Position numbers and translations under genes: made by a program. This document shows, piece after piece, positions 14,251-29,149 of a DNA stretch of 64,000 nucleotides (position 1 is the stretch's first letter; every line of letters starts with the position of its first letter). The stretch covers positions 1,054,001 through 1,118,000 of the forward strand of contig OX597840.1 of NCBI GenBank assembly GCA_951406725.2. Direction: 5' to 3'. Origin of the DNA: Octopus vulgaris. Taxonomy: Eukaryota. Below the pieces are notes generated by a model. It worked only from the letters and a program-made list of their open reading frames with translations. It made no database searches and was not told where the DNA came from.

Positions 14251-14674
14251 ATAATAAACGAATTTATGCAATAAGTTTATTATGATACACAGAAATTCAC
14301 ACCTACACGCAGATATATATATATATACACAAACATATACATACATATGTCTGTATATATATATGGGTGTGTGTGTATACGTGGTTGTACGTACATGTAT
14401 CTAAACGTACGTTTACACATAAACATGGATATATACACACATAGGAACACATATTTTATCACTGAAGAATTACAGATATGTATACCACCACGGAGTAATC
14501 ATAGGCGTACGGGTATATAGATAACTGTATGTAACTGTGACTGCGTGTATATATATATATGATATGCCTGTATATGTATATATATGTACATACATATAAT
14601 ATGTCTTGATAAATATATATATATACACACACACACATATATATATATATATTTATATATATATTTTTTATATA

Positions 14675-14726
<52 letters not shown>

Positions 14727-14980
14727 CATACATACATAGACATATTTTCATGGACATGGACACGGTATACTTCCTAACATAAATACACTCTCTGTCTCTC
14801 TATTTATATCACGTATCTCTTCATACACAAATACATATATACTCATACCATATGTATGTTTGTGTGTATATATATATGTATGTATATATATATATATATA
14901 TATAAATACATATATAAATACATATATAAGTACATATATACATTGCTAAAAATATATATATTTATACACGTCTGAATAAG

Positions 14981-15019
<39 letters not shown>

Positions 15020-15027
15020 TTAATATA

Positions 15028-15084
<57 letters not shown>

Positions 15085-15089
15085 AAATG

Positions 15090-15157
<68 letters not shown>

Positions 15158-15262
15158 GATATGGACACAAACATACATGTACGTATGTTACAATATATTG
15201 CACAGACACGTGTAGACAGTGTGTCTGCACAGGTGTGTGTTTGAATGTGTGTGTATGTGTGA

Positions 15263-15297
<35 letters not shown>

Positions 15298-15522
15298 GTT
15301 GCGTTTGCATTGTGTAGCTTTAAAAACGCATTCGCCGATCTTTAACCTCTTTCCACTACATTTCGAAATCCTGGTTAAATAGATGTTGTTATCACTTAAC
15401 CTCGCCTTCGTTCTTTCTCAGTTTATCTTCAGCATAATGCCTGCACACGTATACACACAGCCACACATACATACTCACACAGAACACAACCTACACGTAC
15501 ACACACTTAAATATATATATAC

Positions 15523-15583
<61 letters not shown>

Positions 15584-15634
15584 TTTATATATACATATAT
15601 ATATATATATGTATCTATATATATTGATATATAT

Positions 15635-15686
<52 letters not shown>

Positions 15687-15690
15687 CATG

Positions 15691-15743
<53 letters not shown>

Positions 15744-15896
15744 GTAACAGATTTTGTTGAATTTTCTGCTGCTTAAAATAAAGTATATATATATACATAT
15801 ATATATATAAATATATATATACATATATATATATATGTATATATATATATTATATGTATATATATGTATATGTATACATATATATATGTATATTTA

Positions 15897-15972
<76 letters not shown>

Positions 15973-16353
15973 TATACACATATAATTGTTTGTATGTGAG
16001 CATCTGTGTATGGAAGAGGGAGCCTGATGAAAAAGATGAGGATGAAGATGCTTTGAGAGAGATAGCGAGAGAGATTGAGAGAGAGAGAGAGAGAGAGAGT
16101 TAAAGAAAGAGTGATGGAGGATAGAATGTACACGAGAGAGAAGGAAAACGAAAGATGTGTATGTAAAGAGTATATGTATATATGTGTGTATATAGTTATG
16201 AATATGCATGTGAACGCGTGTGAGAAACCTCTTCCATACCCCATCTCTCTCTTTCTCTCTCTCTCCCTCGTCCAAGCATACATGAATTTACTGCACTGCT
16301 ACATCATGCACATATGCATCTATATATGTATGAATACACACGCACACACACAC

Positions 16354-16409
<56 letters not shown>

Positions 16410-17083
16410 ATATGTATACATGTATGTATATATGAATATATGTATATATATACAGATATGTGTGCAGATGTGTATGCATTTCTATAAGCATGTGCATATA
16501 TATGTATGTGTATATATCAGTGTATATATGTATATATGTTTATATACACGCACATATATGTGTGTGTATATGTGTATGTACGTAACCGTATGTTCGAATG
16601 TGGATGTTATTGTACGAGTGTGTATGGATGTACGTTTTTGTATATGTATGCAATAAGTGTGTGTGTGTGCATGTGTGTGTCTTCTGTATACATGCATACA
16701 TAAAAATGTATATATATATACATGTGTGTGTGTGTCTGTATATAAACACGCACATATTTACATATAGACATGTATGCACACATATATACATATATGAATG
16801 TATGCATATTTGTATGTTGATATGGAAATAACTCTATGCGTATATGTGCATGTGTATTTTTCGTGGATATATAAATGTGTTTATATATTTGTCCTACTTC
16901 AGTAAAATATACTGCAGGCATCAGCACCTATGTACCTTACTAGATAACCTGCTGTTAATAATCGATACAGATCGATAATAGTTATTATATTGGAAATAGT
17001 TCATACAACCAGCACGCACGAAGATACATAGATATACAAATACATCCATACGTATCTATATGCGTGTGTGTATACATACACAC

Positions 17084-17175
<92 letters not shown>

Positions 17176-17689
17176 GTATGTACATATATCTATATACATA
17201 CACATATATTCATGTATGCGCGTGTGTTGTATATATATCCATGTTTCTGTATGTGTGTATATATATATATACTGCGTTTAATAATATAATATCTATTATT
17301 CCTACATCAGAGATATGATTGCGTTTTCCACGCACATGTTTTGGTAGTTAACTATGTGCTCTATGTATAGATATACACGCGCGTGTATGTATGTGTATGG
17401 GTGTGGGTGTGTATGTGTGTGTGCATCTGTGTGTGTGTATGCCTATAATGTTACTGTGTATATGTACTTAATCGACATATATCTACATTATCGCAGACTC
17501 GTACTCGCATCCGCACATATGCCATCATATAAATAGACATATACTTATACATACATATATACATATATATTTTATGCTATATACGTATGTAAATATATCT
17601 ATCTTTCTATCTCTTTATCTATCTTTCTTCTATCAATTTTTGTAGCTATAAGTATGCATATAGTTCGTGTGCTTGTTTGTGTGTGTGTT

Positions 17690-17765
<76 letters not shown>

Positions 17766-17802
17766 TCACTTTCTTTTGTTGTCTTACCATTTTTATCAAT
17801 AC

Positions 17803-17854
<52 letters not shown>

Positions 17855-17875
17855 GTATGAATATATATATATATG

Positions 17876-17932
<57 letters not shown>

Positions 17933-17934
17933 GC

Positions 17935-17986
<52 letters not shown>

Positions 17987-18764
17987 TACACACAGGCACA
18001 CACTCACTTGTACAACGTCTTAAATGTGGGCTTTATTCGAATGAAAGGAAACTCGTATTTAATGCGGTAATATAATGAAATATTCAGAACTAAACGAATA
18101 TTTATTCGAAGATGGAAATTCTGCTCTATAGGCCTCTGTTCTGGCGCTGCCAATCTAGGAAACAACCTCGTTAGATTTCCTTCGTAAGCGGAAGCTAATG
18201 CTGATGTTCGCCATATTTATAAATGCTTGTTTTCGTCCTCGCCTTTTCATATCACGAAATATTTAAACGGAAAATGTATTCTTAATAGAAATTTTATCTG
18301 CTATTTCTTATTCGTTTAAATGATTTTAACGCGACCAAACTGTGGCAGCGCCATCCATTTTGTTTTTCGTCCAATAGATTCAAGCTAGTACGTAATTTTT
18401 AAAGCTTCATGCCCACGTAATCGGTCTTTTGCAGAAATTACTAAGTGACGGGGACCTAGACAATCTAAAACCGTTTGTCAAGCACTGTGGGATAGAAACA
18501 CACACACACACACATACACACACACACACATACACACACATACACACACACAGACGCTTGCGGGAAAATACATACAAACATGCACACACACGCATACACG
18601 TCTCACTCTTTCACTGTTTTTCTCTATAACACGCAAAAACACACGCATACACATATATATGCATGTATATAAATAAATAATATATATATATATATACACA
18701 AATATGAGAGTGAATCCATTCTCTCTCATATTTGTGTATTAATAATATTTACTGTATCTCAGTC

Positions 18765-18834
18765 TTTTATGCGCTAGGCCACTTGGTGTTTAAATTGGTG
18801 TTATTATATCAATATCCAATTTTTCACCCTCGTT

Positions 18835-18907
<73 letters not shown>

Positions 18908-19075
18908 GATAGATACATATTCATACATATATATACCTATATATATGTATACACATACACACACATAAAATAATCAGGTTGAAAAATTGAATATTAATTT
19001 GATTAATATCAATTTAAGACCAGTGGCCTTGCACATCAAGACCTTAGCGGCTCTACTTCTAGCATAATGGTTGTC
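18765..19075. mobile_element. Two diverged 3' ends (GGCCACT group) facing each other across (TA)n
   Basis: TAGGCCACTTGG...CAATTTTTCACCC (+) versus GGTTGAAAAATTG...CCAGTGGCCTTGCA (-). Confidence 0.55.
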
Positions 19076-19136
<61 letters not shown>

Positions 19137-19151
19137 CTAACGTAACAGTTT

Positions 19152-19208
19152 AGAAAAAGACCAATTGGTTTCGTATGTAGTGTGAACTAGACATCTCTTC
19201 AGTTTCTA
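19152..19208 (-). ncRNA. Type I hammerhead ribozyme (family E)
   Basis: AGAAA-CUGAAGA-GAUGU...ACAUAC-GAAA-CCAAUUGG-UC-UUUUU; stem III is the palindrome ACCAAUUGGU; host element ~19130-19343 flanked by (TA)n. Confidence 0.75.
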
Positions 19209-19340
19209 TAAACGATAAACGTTCTTTGCAAAGAATGTTGTTTTAAAGCACAAGAACGCTGGTGATAGTTCAAGAAATATTCCTCTTTAAAAAGTATGTC
19301 CAGGCGAATTGTCTTCCTTCGCTTGATAGCTAGGTTTTCC

Positions 19341-19398
<58 letters not shown>

Positions 19399-19404
19399 CA
19401 ATAT

Positions 19405-19710
19405 AGGGTAGCAAAAAATTCAATAGAATTTTTTCGCCACCAGCGGTCTAGTGAGAAAGAGAAAATATTCAGAGACTATATATATAAATTCAACAACAAT
19501 TGAGGAACGGCCTGACCCATTAGAAAGAGCAGCCAGGACTCAAACCGCCAAGTAGTAGTAATTCAGAAGTTAAAGGAAAATTAAAAAACATTAATAGGGT
19601 AAATGTTTTTTAATTTTCCTTTAATTCTGAATTACTACTACTTGGCGGTTTGAGTCCTGGCTGCTCTTTCTAGTAGGTCGAATGGCCTATTGAGGCCGTT
19701 CCTCAATATC
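19405..19710. mobile_element. Fold-back short element with ~95-bp inverted arms
   Basis: 19499-19592 is the reverse complement of 19602-19708 apart from an indel; preceded by (TA)n. Confidence 0.75.
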
Positions 19711-20097
19711 AATATACATACATAAATATGTGTGTATGTATGTATACTACGGAATTCAAAATAATTACCGTTCCTCAAATCCATTCACAATACATTGGTC
19801 GGACTGTGGGTGTAATATAATTTCCTAGGCAAATGTGCTGCGCAGTGAGACTGAGTGCGCAGCTGCGTGGTTGTAAAGTTAGCATCTGAACCACATCGAC
19901 CTTGCGCCATTTGTATATTTCGAATTCTAACTTTATAACCACCATTTTTGTTATATAATTTAAAATCTCGTCTAGCTCAATTCACTTTATTAGATACATC
20001 AGTATGCTAAATCCCAATACAGCAAAACGTAATAATTGTTTTGTACTGTCTGTATTTTTCCTTCCCATCAATCACATCTCATTTATCTCTCTGTCTG

Positions 20098-20196
<99 letters not shown>

Positions 20197-20461
20197 CTCT
20201 CTCTCTCTCTATCTGTCTATCTATCTATCCACCTGATTACCTACCTACCAACCTACCTACCTACCTAATTACCTACCTACCTACCTAACTACCTAATTAC
20301 CTACCTACCTAATTACCTACCTACCTACCTACCTACCTAATTACCTACCTACCTACCTACCTACCTACCTACCTACCTACCTACCTACCTACGTACACTT
20401 CTGTCAGTCTTTCAGTTGTCTATCTGTATGTTTCTCTGTTCTGGGTTCAATACAAATGTAT

Positions 20462-20634
20462 TTCGTCTTCCCTTCCTTGGATCTTACCTTTTCTTATGTT
20501 TCTGACGAAGAGCTCCGCTCGAAACGTTATATCCTCCTTCTTTCCTTCCTTTTCTGAGCGTCCAATAATACTATACTTGTTCCACGCCCTCGCGTTGTTG
20601 TGTTTCCTTTTTGTGTTTCCAAGTTTGTATTAAC

Positions 20635-20636
<2 letters not shown>
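20462..20636 (+). mobile_element. HHR element family A with hammerhead at 20498-20532
   Basis: GUUU-CUGACGA(A)-GAGC(UCC)GCUC-GAAACGUU; ends in (TA)n. Confidence 0.8.
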
Positions 20637-20665
<29 letters not shown>

Positions 20666-21093
20666 ATATATGTGTGTGTGTATGTAAGTTTGTGTGCATG
20701 TGTGCATGTGTGTGCGCGCGCGTGTGTGTGGAATAAATTTTAAAGCGATGGTTTCTTTTACTCTCCCAGTCATATCACTTGGTAGGTCGCTGATGGTTTT
20801 TTCTGCCTAAAAGAACGGCCGTTGATAAATATGTGTTTCTGTACATATGCGAGTGTATGTGTGTCTGTACATGGGTATGTGTAAGTGTGTGTGTGTGTAC
20901 TTGTGTTTTGTGCATGTGTGTGTTTGAGTGTATGTATCTACGCGTCTGTGAGTTTGTGTCTACACGTTTACATCTATATCTATGCATGTATTTATCTCTC
21001 TCTATATATATGAACCTGCTTATCTATGTTTTATTTTGTGTACCTAAGTATCTTTCTATATATCCATGTAAATATTATGTATGCAGCTATATA

Positions 21094-21148
<55 letters not shown>

Positions 21149-22245
21149 CTATCTAACTATCTATTTATCTTTCTATGAATCTATATACCTATCAGGCAGT
21201 TTATCTGTCTATTTACATATATTTACATACACACAGATATGGACACATGCCTACATATAATACATATAATATATATTTATAGGGGTAGTGTAAGAGAACA
21301 AGAGGGAAAGTGAGAGAAATAAAGAGAGAGAGAGAGAATAAGCTAAAGACATCAAGTTACACAAATCGATAAAGTAAGACCAGGAGTGTATAAAATAAAA
21401 TATAATAAAACAAGTAAAAGAAAGAACAAAAACAACAGAATCTACCGCAACAACAACACACACAAATAAAATTCAACATTATATACAAACGAAGGAAAGA
21501 AAAGCAAACAAAGATGGCTACTGCAACAAAAGCTGTTGATCTTGCATGTTATAACGACAAAAGGAAGTAAGTTGGACGGATTGAAAAAGCCAGATGTTGA
21601 GAGTTTTAAGGCCAAACAAGGAAGGCAACATGGCGTACTGGTTTGAAATTATCCAGCTGTCTCCCGTGGCCATTTTGGTGAAGTTGATTTGTTGTTAATA
21701 TGTGTAGCTGTCGATGCTGGTTGCTTAATGCGTGGTTGTGTGGATATACGTGGCTATATGGGGGTATAAGTGGGTATAGGGTGGTATGAATGTACGTGAG
21801 TGTATTCGTAATCGATAACGTTGCTGGCTGGTTGTGTACATATATGTACATATTTATAAATGTGCGTATGCTTGTACTATGTACGTGTCTCTGTATGTGT
21901 GTAGCATGTGCGTGTCTATATATGTGTGTGTGTGTACCTACGTGTGAATCACTATATATATATATGTGTGAGTGTGTACCTACGTGTGAATCACTGCATG
22001 TGTGTGCATATATACAGATTTATATGTGCATATACACATGTTGTAATTGTGTTTGTGTTTGTAACTTTGTGAATATGTTGTCTACACGCAAGTAGGCACA
22101 TACACATAGACATGTAGTTATATATGAATAATATAACATACACACACACATACACACACATATATATAATATATGTAAGTATATATGTACATGTATATAT
22201 GTATTACATATATGTATATACACATATATATGTACGTATATGTAT

Positions 22246-22277
<32 letters not shown>

Positions 22278-22923
22278 ATATACATTTACATATATACATA
22301 TGTATATGTCTCTGTGTGCGTGTTTGTGTATGTTTAAGTACGTTGGCAAATATCGGCATATAACGTATAGAGATAGGAAAATATGAAATGAACGTATATA
22401 TAAATATATATTCTCACACGCACATATACACAGGTGTATGCTTGAGTTTAGCCTTAAGAAGTTCAGTTCGTCATTATGCGTGGGTATATTTCAGCTACAC
22501 ATGCATATTGAACATTCTTTTATACACTGTGTTTTAAAGAATAGAAAACCGGGAGACCACGGAGAATGTAGGAGGCTAAAATCTGTATTAGATACGGTTT
22601 CATTTATTAAAACTCTTCTCCATTTTGCCCCTGTTTGGCTGCAGCCTTGTAATACAGAAATGTCTTATCCATTGTTGGAAGAATCGTTGTAGAGTTGAAA
22701 AGATCGCTTTACAATCACGTGGTTTCAGGTTGGTTCCCATTATGCGACATCATGGGTAAAACACTTTTGCCATAGTGTCGGGTCAACCGATATGTTCTGA
22801 GACACTTTGGAAGACAGAAACAGCGGTGATGTGCGACGTGCATATATATATATATATATATATACGTGTGTGTGTGTGTGTGTGTTATATATTTATTTAT
22901 ATATATCAGTACATATATTTATG

Positions 22924-22964
<41 letters not shown>

Positions 22965-22988
22965 TTAGATATATATTTCTATATAAAG

Positions 22989-23019
<31 letters not shown>

Positions 23020-23024
23020 ATTTA

Positions 23025-23127
23025 TTATATAGAAGGAGCTTCTACAGGACTAGTACTGTTTCATTCAAGAGAAACTATGTATTGAGTACCTTACTTACTG
23101 TGGTTAACCCCGAATCAACCCGGGACC

Positions 23128-23130
<3 letters not shown>
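23025..23130. mobile_element. HHR element family H: inverted half-ribozyme plus 3' end
   Basis: Minus GAAUGAAACAGUACUAGUCCUGUAGAAGCUCC joined to plus 3' end ...CCCGGGACCTAC; same family at 61988-62172. Confidence 0.75.
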
Positions 23131-23166
<36 letters not shown>

Positions 23167-23188
23167 TTAGATATATATTTCTATATAA

Positions 23189-23239
<51 letters not shown>

Positions 23240-23632
23240 CATACATACATACATACGCGTGCACAGGCATATGTAGTTAAGGCAGTGCTCCAGCATGGCT
23301 GCAATCTAATGACTGAAAAAGTGCAAGAATAAAAGAATTAAAGAATATATAAATATTTTCATATGTATGCATAGACATGTATGTGAACATATAACAATTT
23401 ATCTCTCCTTGTGTGTATATATAAGTGTGTGTATGTGAGTGTATGTGTGAGTGTGTGTGTGTGTGCGTATGTATATATACATGCACATTTATATATATAC
23501 ATGTATACATACTTTCAAACATATATATATACATATATACATGTATACTCACATATATACATATATACGTTTCTATATATACAAATATATATATGTACAT
23601 GTATGCATACATACATATATATACATGTATAT

Positions 23633-23721
<89 letters not shown>

Positions 23722-24242
23722 TGTATGTATGTATGTATGTATGTATATATACTTGTATACATACATCAACGCACAATTCTTTCCTTGCTGAGTAGAAATC
23801 GATGTAAGACGATTTCTGCTGTTTCAAGCAATGCAACGCAGGTCATCAATCTTTTTGCAGACCTGCCTTCTCTTCTCTCACTTCCTTGATTTCAATCTTT
23901 CTCCCACTTACAACCACCCTCTCTGTGTCGCTATCACTATCTCTGTCCATCTATCTTTTACGTGAGTATGTCTATACAGAACTTTCGTCTTGTTTCTCTC
24001 GCTCCTCGTCTGCTTCTTTGCCCTCTTTATCTCTCTATATGTCCGTGTGTCTCTCCGCATGCTTCGCCCTGTAAATGTGCACTTCCATTTGTCTTTCAGA
24101 CGGTTAATCTTCAGAATATTATGCGTTCAATCGTTTCAGCGACCTACCTACCTGTCTGAGTATCTTTCTACACGTGTGTCTGTGCATGTATCTATATAGG
24201 TATTTGGTTGAACTAACGTAGATAGTTACTACGTCTCTCTAT

Positions 24243-24332
<90 letters not shown>

Positions 24333-24397
24333 GTCTGACCATCTCTCTCTCTCTATATATATATATATCTATCTATATCTATATCTATATCTATATC

Positions 24398-24460
<63 letters not shown>

Positions 24461-24508
24461 ATCTATCTATCTATCTATCTATTTATCTATATGTATATAT
24501 ATATATAT

Positions 24509-24550
<42 letters not shown>

Positions 24551-24851
24551 ATATATATATATATGTATATCTCTCTATATATAAATATATATATATTAAT
24601 CTGTCTCTCTCTCTCTCTCTCTTTATATATATATATATACATATACGCATGTATGTATGTATTTATATATATATATTTCTGTATGTGTATATTTCCTTCG
24701 TCTGGTCTTTCTCATATTCCTGTGAGTATTCATCCATTTATCTAGGGAATAAAACAGTACATTTTCCATGTTGCTCTCATAATCGGCATCGAAACACTTA
24801 TTGATTCCTACCTGAAATTCTTCTTGCTACATTCCTCTCTGTCTTTCGCCT

Positions 24852-24905
<54 letters not shown>

Positions 24906-25148
24906 TAACTATATCTCTATGGTTATGTGTATATATATAGACAAATATATACACATATATATATATACACACAGATATATATATATAGACAAATATATAC
25001 ACATATATATATATACGTATAATATGTTTACACACACGCACACAAACACATATACACACATAGACACACACAAATATCTATATCAATATCTATCTCTATC
25101 TCTCTCTCTATTTATCGATCTATCTATCAATCAGTCTCTTTGTGTGTA

Positions 25149-25221
<73 letters not shown>

Positions 25222-25494
25222 GGAGAGAGGGAGAGAGAGGGAGAGAGGGAGAGAGAAAGAGAGAGGGTGTATGTATGTATGTATGTATATATCTTGTGTA
25301 TATCTGACTGTCTTATTTCTCTTAAAGCTAGAATATTATATATAAGAAATATGAACTGACTGTACTTTTAGCTTGTATTTCAATATATAGGGGTTAAGGC
25401 ATCTCCGTTCTTCTATCCTGTATATCATATGTCTATGAAGGTTTCACACATCCACTCGTCGTTTAACTACGAGAGAGTTCATGAAAAATATACC

Positions 25495-25780
25495 TTAGCG
25501 TTCGTTTTTACATTCTGGGTTCAAATTCCCCCGAGGTAGACATTGCTTTTAATCAGTCTGGGATCGATAAAATAAGTACCAGTCGAGTACTCGGCTCGAT
25601 GTAATCGACTTACTCCCTTACCCTTACGGAAACTGCTGGTTTTGGGCTACTCAAGGCGCAAGGTCCGAAATTTTTGGGGAGGCGGTGGCCATTTGATTAG
25701 ATTGACCCCTTTATACAACTGGTACTTAATTTATGGACCCCGAAAGTATGAAAGGCAAAATCGACCGCCGCGGAAATGCC
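25495..25780. mobile_element. Two degenerate SINE family 1 copies (+, -)
   Basis: MESC/Meta-type core in both orientations. Confidence 0.7.
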
Positions 25781-25877
25781 TATTTGGGTTAAAATTTGAA
25801 ACCAATATTTACTCGGGCAAGCTAAATCCCATACAACTGAAAGAACAGCGTGGTATTCTTTGCAAGAACTGAATAAT

Positions 25878-25917
25878 CGCACATGCATATTTCAGCCGGT
25901 TAGGTCTCATCAGGAGA
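25878..25917 (-). ncRNA. Degenerate hammerhead motif
   Basis: UCUC-CUGAUGA-GACC(UAACC)GGCU-GAAA-UAUGCAUG-UG; core intact, cleavage site and stem I decayed. Confidence 0.5.
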
Positions 25918-26291
25918 ATATTATCTAAATTTCAGCTGCGGAATGGGAATTATGTTTTAGCATAGTCGAAAATGAATTAGGTATATTTTTATCTGGAGGT
26001 AATTTTCATAATTAAAAAATGAAACGAATATAAAGAAAAAAAGAGACCTTTAGGAAAATACCTAAGGGGTTTTGTGTCATTAAACTAGATAATGAATTCG
26101 AAAATTGTTTATAATGAAATTTTTCTGTTTTCATAACGTAATTAATTGGGAGACGAAAAGGCCAAAAACATGACGACAACTCTCCGTAACACGCAAAAAT
26201 AGGGAGAGTTAATTACAAAACGTATTGATTAAATTTTCATATATCGTTAGCAGCTTACACACACATATAATACATACATACATACATACAA

Positions 26292-26489
26292 ACCTATTTC
26301 TTTACTACCCACAAGGAGCTAAACACAGAGAGGACAAACAAGGGCAGACAAACTGGAACTTAATTTATCGACCCCGAAAGGATGAAAGGCAAAGTTGACC
26401 TCGGCGGAATTTGAACTAAGAACGTAACGGCAGACGAAATACGGCTACGCATTTCGCCCGGCGTGCTAACGTTTCTGCCAGCTCGCCGT
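26292..26489 (-). mobile_element. SINE family 1 with internal deletion
   Basis: Head and MESC/Meta-type core present. Confidence 0.85.
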
Positions 26490-26864
26490 CGTACATATAT
26501 ACCTACACACACATTGCAGTGAAGAGTTTCTCTCAAACTCCGAAGTACTTGTTACGTATTCTAACAGTATCTTTTGTCGAACTGCAAAGTAACAGAGACA
26601 CAAACAAACCAACGCCTACAGTCAAGCACATACAAAGAAACACACGCACATACACATACACACACACTCACAAACATGCATAATAAATACATACATATAT
26701 ATATACACACGCATACCAATATATAGAATATAATATAGAATATAGAAAGAATCTAGAGAGAATCTAGACAAAGAATATGCTGTCTCCTTAACTTCTTGGA
26801 GACTTTAGGTATAATTATACTAACGAGTACAGCTGTTCTAATTTTAATAAATTCTATGTCTTTG

Positions 26865-26951
26865 TGCAGCTGAGGATTGCTCTACATTTTAAATTGATGT
26901 AACAATTGCATTGTTCAATTAAATGAAGTTGCATGAAACGATCGTACTGCA
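26865..26951 (+). ncRNA. Type I hammerhead ribozyme (family F), long stem II insert
   Basis: UGCAG-CUGAGGA-UUGC...GCAU-GAAA-CGAUCG-UA-CUGCA; 5-bp stem I, palindromic stem III ACGAUCGU. Confidence 0.8.
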
Positions 26952-27028
26952 TTATGTCTGGATATCCTTGTTGCTTATTTTGATATACATACATACATAT
27001 ATATATAATTATATACATAAATACACAC

Positions 27029-27069
<41 letters not shown>

Positions 27070-27212
27070 ATATAGAGGGCATTATACATACATGCCAGAG
27101 GCATTATACATACATGCCAAACGTTAAGAGGGACAATTAGTCATTTCTACCAAAAATATTACTAATCCCACCGAATGCAATTTTTCAAAGTAAGACATTT
27201 AAAAAATATAGA

Positions 27213-27254
27213 CCTGTATCACAGTGATTTCATACTTACGTACTCATCAGCAGG
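27213..27254 (-). ncRNA. Type I hammerhead ribozyme (family C)
   Basis: CCUG-CUGAUGA-GUAC(GUAA)GUAU-GAAA-UCAC(U)GUGA-UA-CAGG. Confidence 0.9.
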
Positions 27255-27799
27255 CCTGAATGCATTATAAATAAACAACGACCCTGCCCCGCTTAAGTCG
27301 ATCAGCTAACTGTTCAACATCAACGAAGCACATGGGTGAGTTTACATATATTACATCCTGTTAAATGGCAAACTTTTACGAATTGCATTTCGGGAGAGGA
27401 AAAGTTTTTTCGGAATAAAAATTTAGCAATTAAGGACAACTACTTAATAAGGAAAACTTACCAAGAAATTGTCAGGTAGATAGCGTAAAAACCTCATAAG
27501 AGAAAAAAATTTCGAAAATAATTATTTCTTATTGAACATATTAATTTATATATAGAGGGCATTATACATACATGCCAGAGGCATTATACATACATGCCAA
27601 ACGCTAAGAGGGACAATTAGTCATTTCTACCAAAAATATTACTAATCCCACCGAATGCAATTTTTCAAAGTAAGACATTTAAAAAATATTTAACAGGATG
27701 TAATATATGTAAACTCACCCATGTGCTTCGTTGATGTTGAACAGTTAGCTGATCGACTTAAGCGGGGCAGGGTCGTTGTTTATTTATAATGCATTCAGG

Positions 27800-27841
27800 C
27801 CTGCTGATGAGTACGTAAGTATGAAATCACTGTGATACAGG
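27800..27841 (+). ncRNA. Type I hammerhead ribozyme (family C)
   Basis: Identical motif with canonical CUGAUGA/GAAA core. Confidence 0.9.
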
Positions 27842-28279
27842 TCTATATTTTTTAAATGTCTTACTTTGAAAAATTGCATTCGGTGGGATTAGTAATATTT
27901 TTGGTAGAAATGACTAATTGTCCCTCTTAGCGTTTGGCATGTATGTATAATGCCTCTGGCATGTATGTATAATGCCCTCTCTATATAAATTAATATGTTC
28001 AATAAGAAATAATTATTTTCGAAATTTTTTTCTCTTATGAGGTTTTTACGCTATCTACCTGACAATTTCTTGGTAAGTTTTCCTTATTAAGTAGTTGTCC
28101 TCAATTGCTAAATTTTTATTCCGAAAAAACTTTTCCTCTCCCGAAATGCAATTCGTAAAAGTTTGCCATTTAACAGGATGTAATATATGTAAACTCACCC
28201 ATGTGCTTCGTTGATGTTGAACAGTTAGCTGATCGACTTAAGCGGGGCAGGGTCGTTGTTTATTCATAATGCATTCAGG

Positions 28280-28321
28280 CCTGCTGATGAGTACGTAAGT
28301 ATGAAATCACTGTGATACAGG
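28280..28321 (+). ncRNA. Type I hammerhead ribozyme (family C)
   Basis: Identical motif exactly 480 nt downstream of the previous copy. Confidence 0.9.
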
Positions 28322-28587
28322 TCTATATTTTTTAAATGTCTTACTTTGAAAAATTGCATTCGGTGGGATTAGTAATATTTTTGGTAGAAATGACTAATTG
28401 TCCCTCTTAGCGTTTGGCATGTATGTATAATGCCTCTGGCATGTATGTATAATGCCCTCTATATATAAATTAATATGTTCAATAAGAAATAATTATTTTC
28501 GAAATTTTTTTCTCTTATGAGGTTTTTACGCTATCTACCTGACTATTTCTTGGTAAGTTTTCTTTATTAAGTAGTTGTCCTTAATTG

Positions 28588-28620
<33 letters not shown>

Positions 28621-28883
28621 CACACACACACACCGATGCTTTTTTCCAAGGAATCTAATGCTCTCAGCTTAGTTTTTCCGTGGGGCTGGCCAGATTGGAG
28701 CAATCTCAAGATTAATCAGCCGAAATTGCGAGGATGATCCGGTTCTTGACTGAGGATAAAAGGCTTCGAATGACCCGTCCTTGTCTTTTTTGTATCGTCT
28801 ATCTGGATGTTTTGTTGTCCCTTTTTGTATCACCTGGCTGTCCGGATACTTTGCCTTCTTGTCCCAATTTGTATCATATATAT

Positions 28884-28991
<108 letters not shown>

Positions 28992-29149
28992 ACATTTATT
29001 TATACATGTATGATATTGGTCAGTGATTGAGTTAACTACAGATGATCATGACATGCATATCTTGATACATAGACTAAATTCTCTCCTAGTCTGTCTTTCT
29101 CCTCCTCTCTCTCTCTCTCCCACTTTCCCTCTCTGTTACCCTTTCTCAC

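Larger units (their letters stand above)
27062..28590. mobile_element. Retrozyme-like tandem array, 480-bp monomer, with inversion (family C)
   Basis: About 1.3 units on minus (27062-27688) then about 1.9 units on plus (27689-28590); units nearly identical; (TA)n on both sides; one HHR per monomer. Confidence 0.9.

Noticed and set aside
14455-14525. CTGAAGA-ATTAC...GTAAT hammerhead-like motif
   Set aside because: No GAAA and no stem III.
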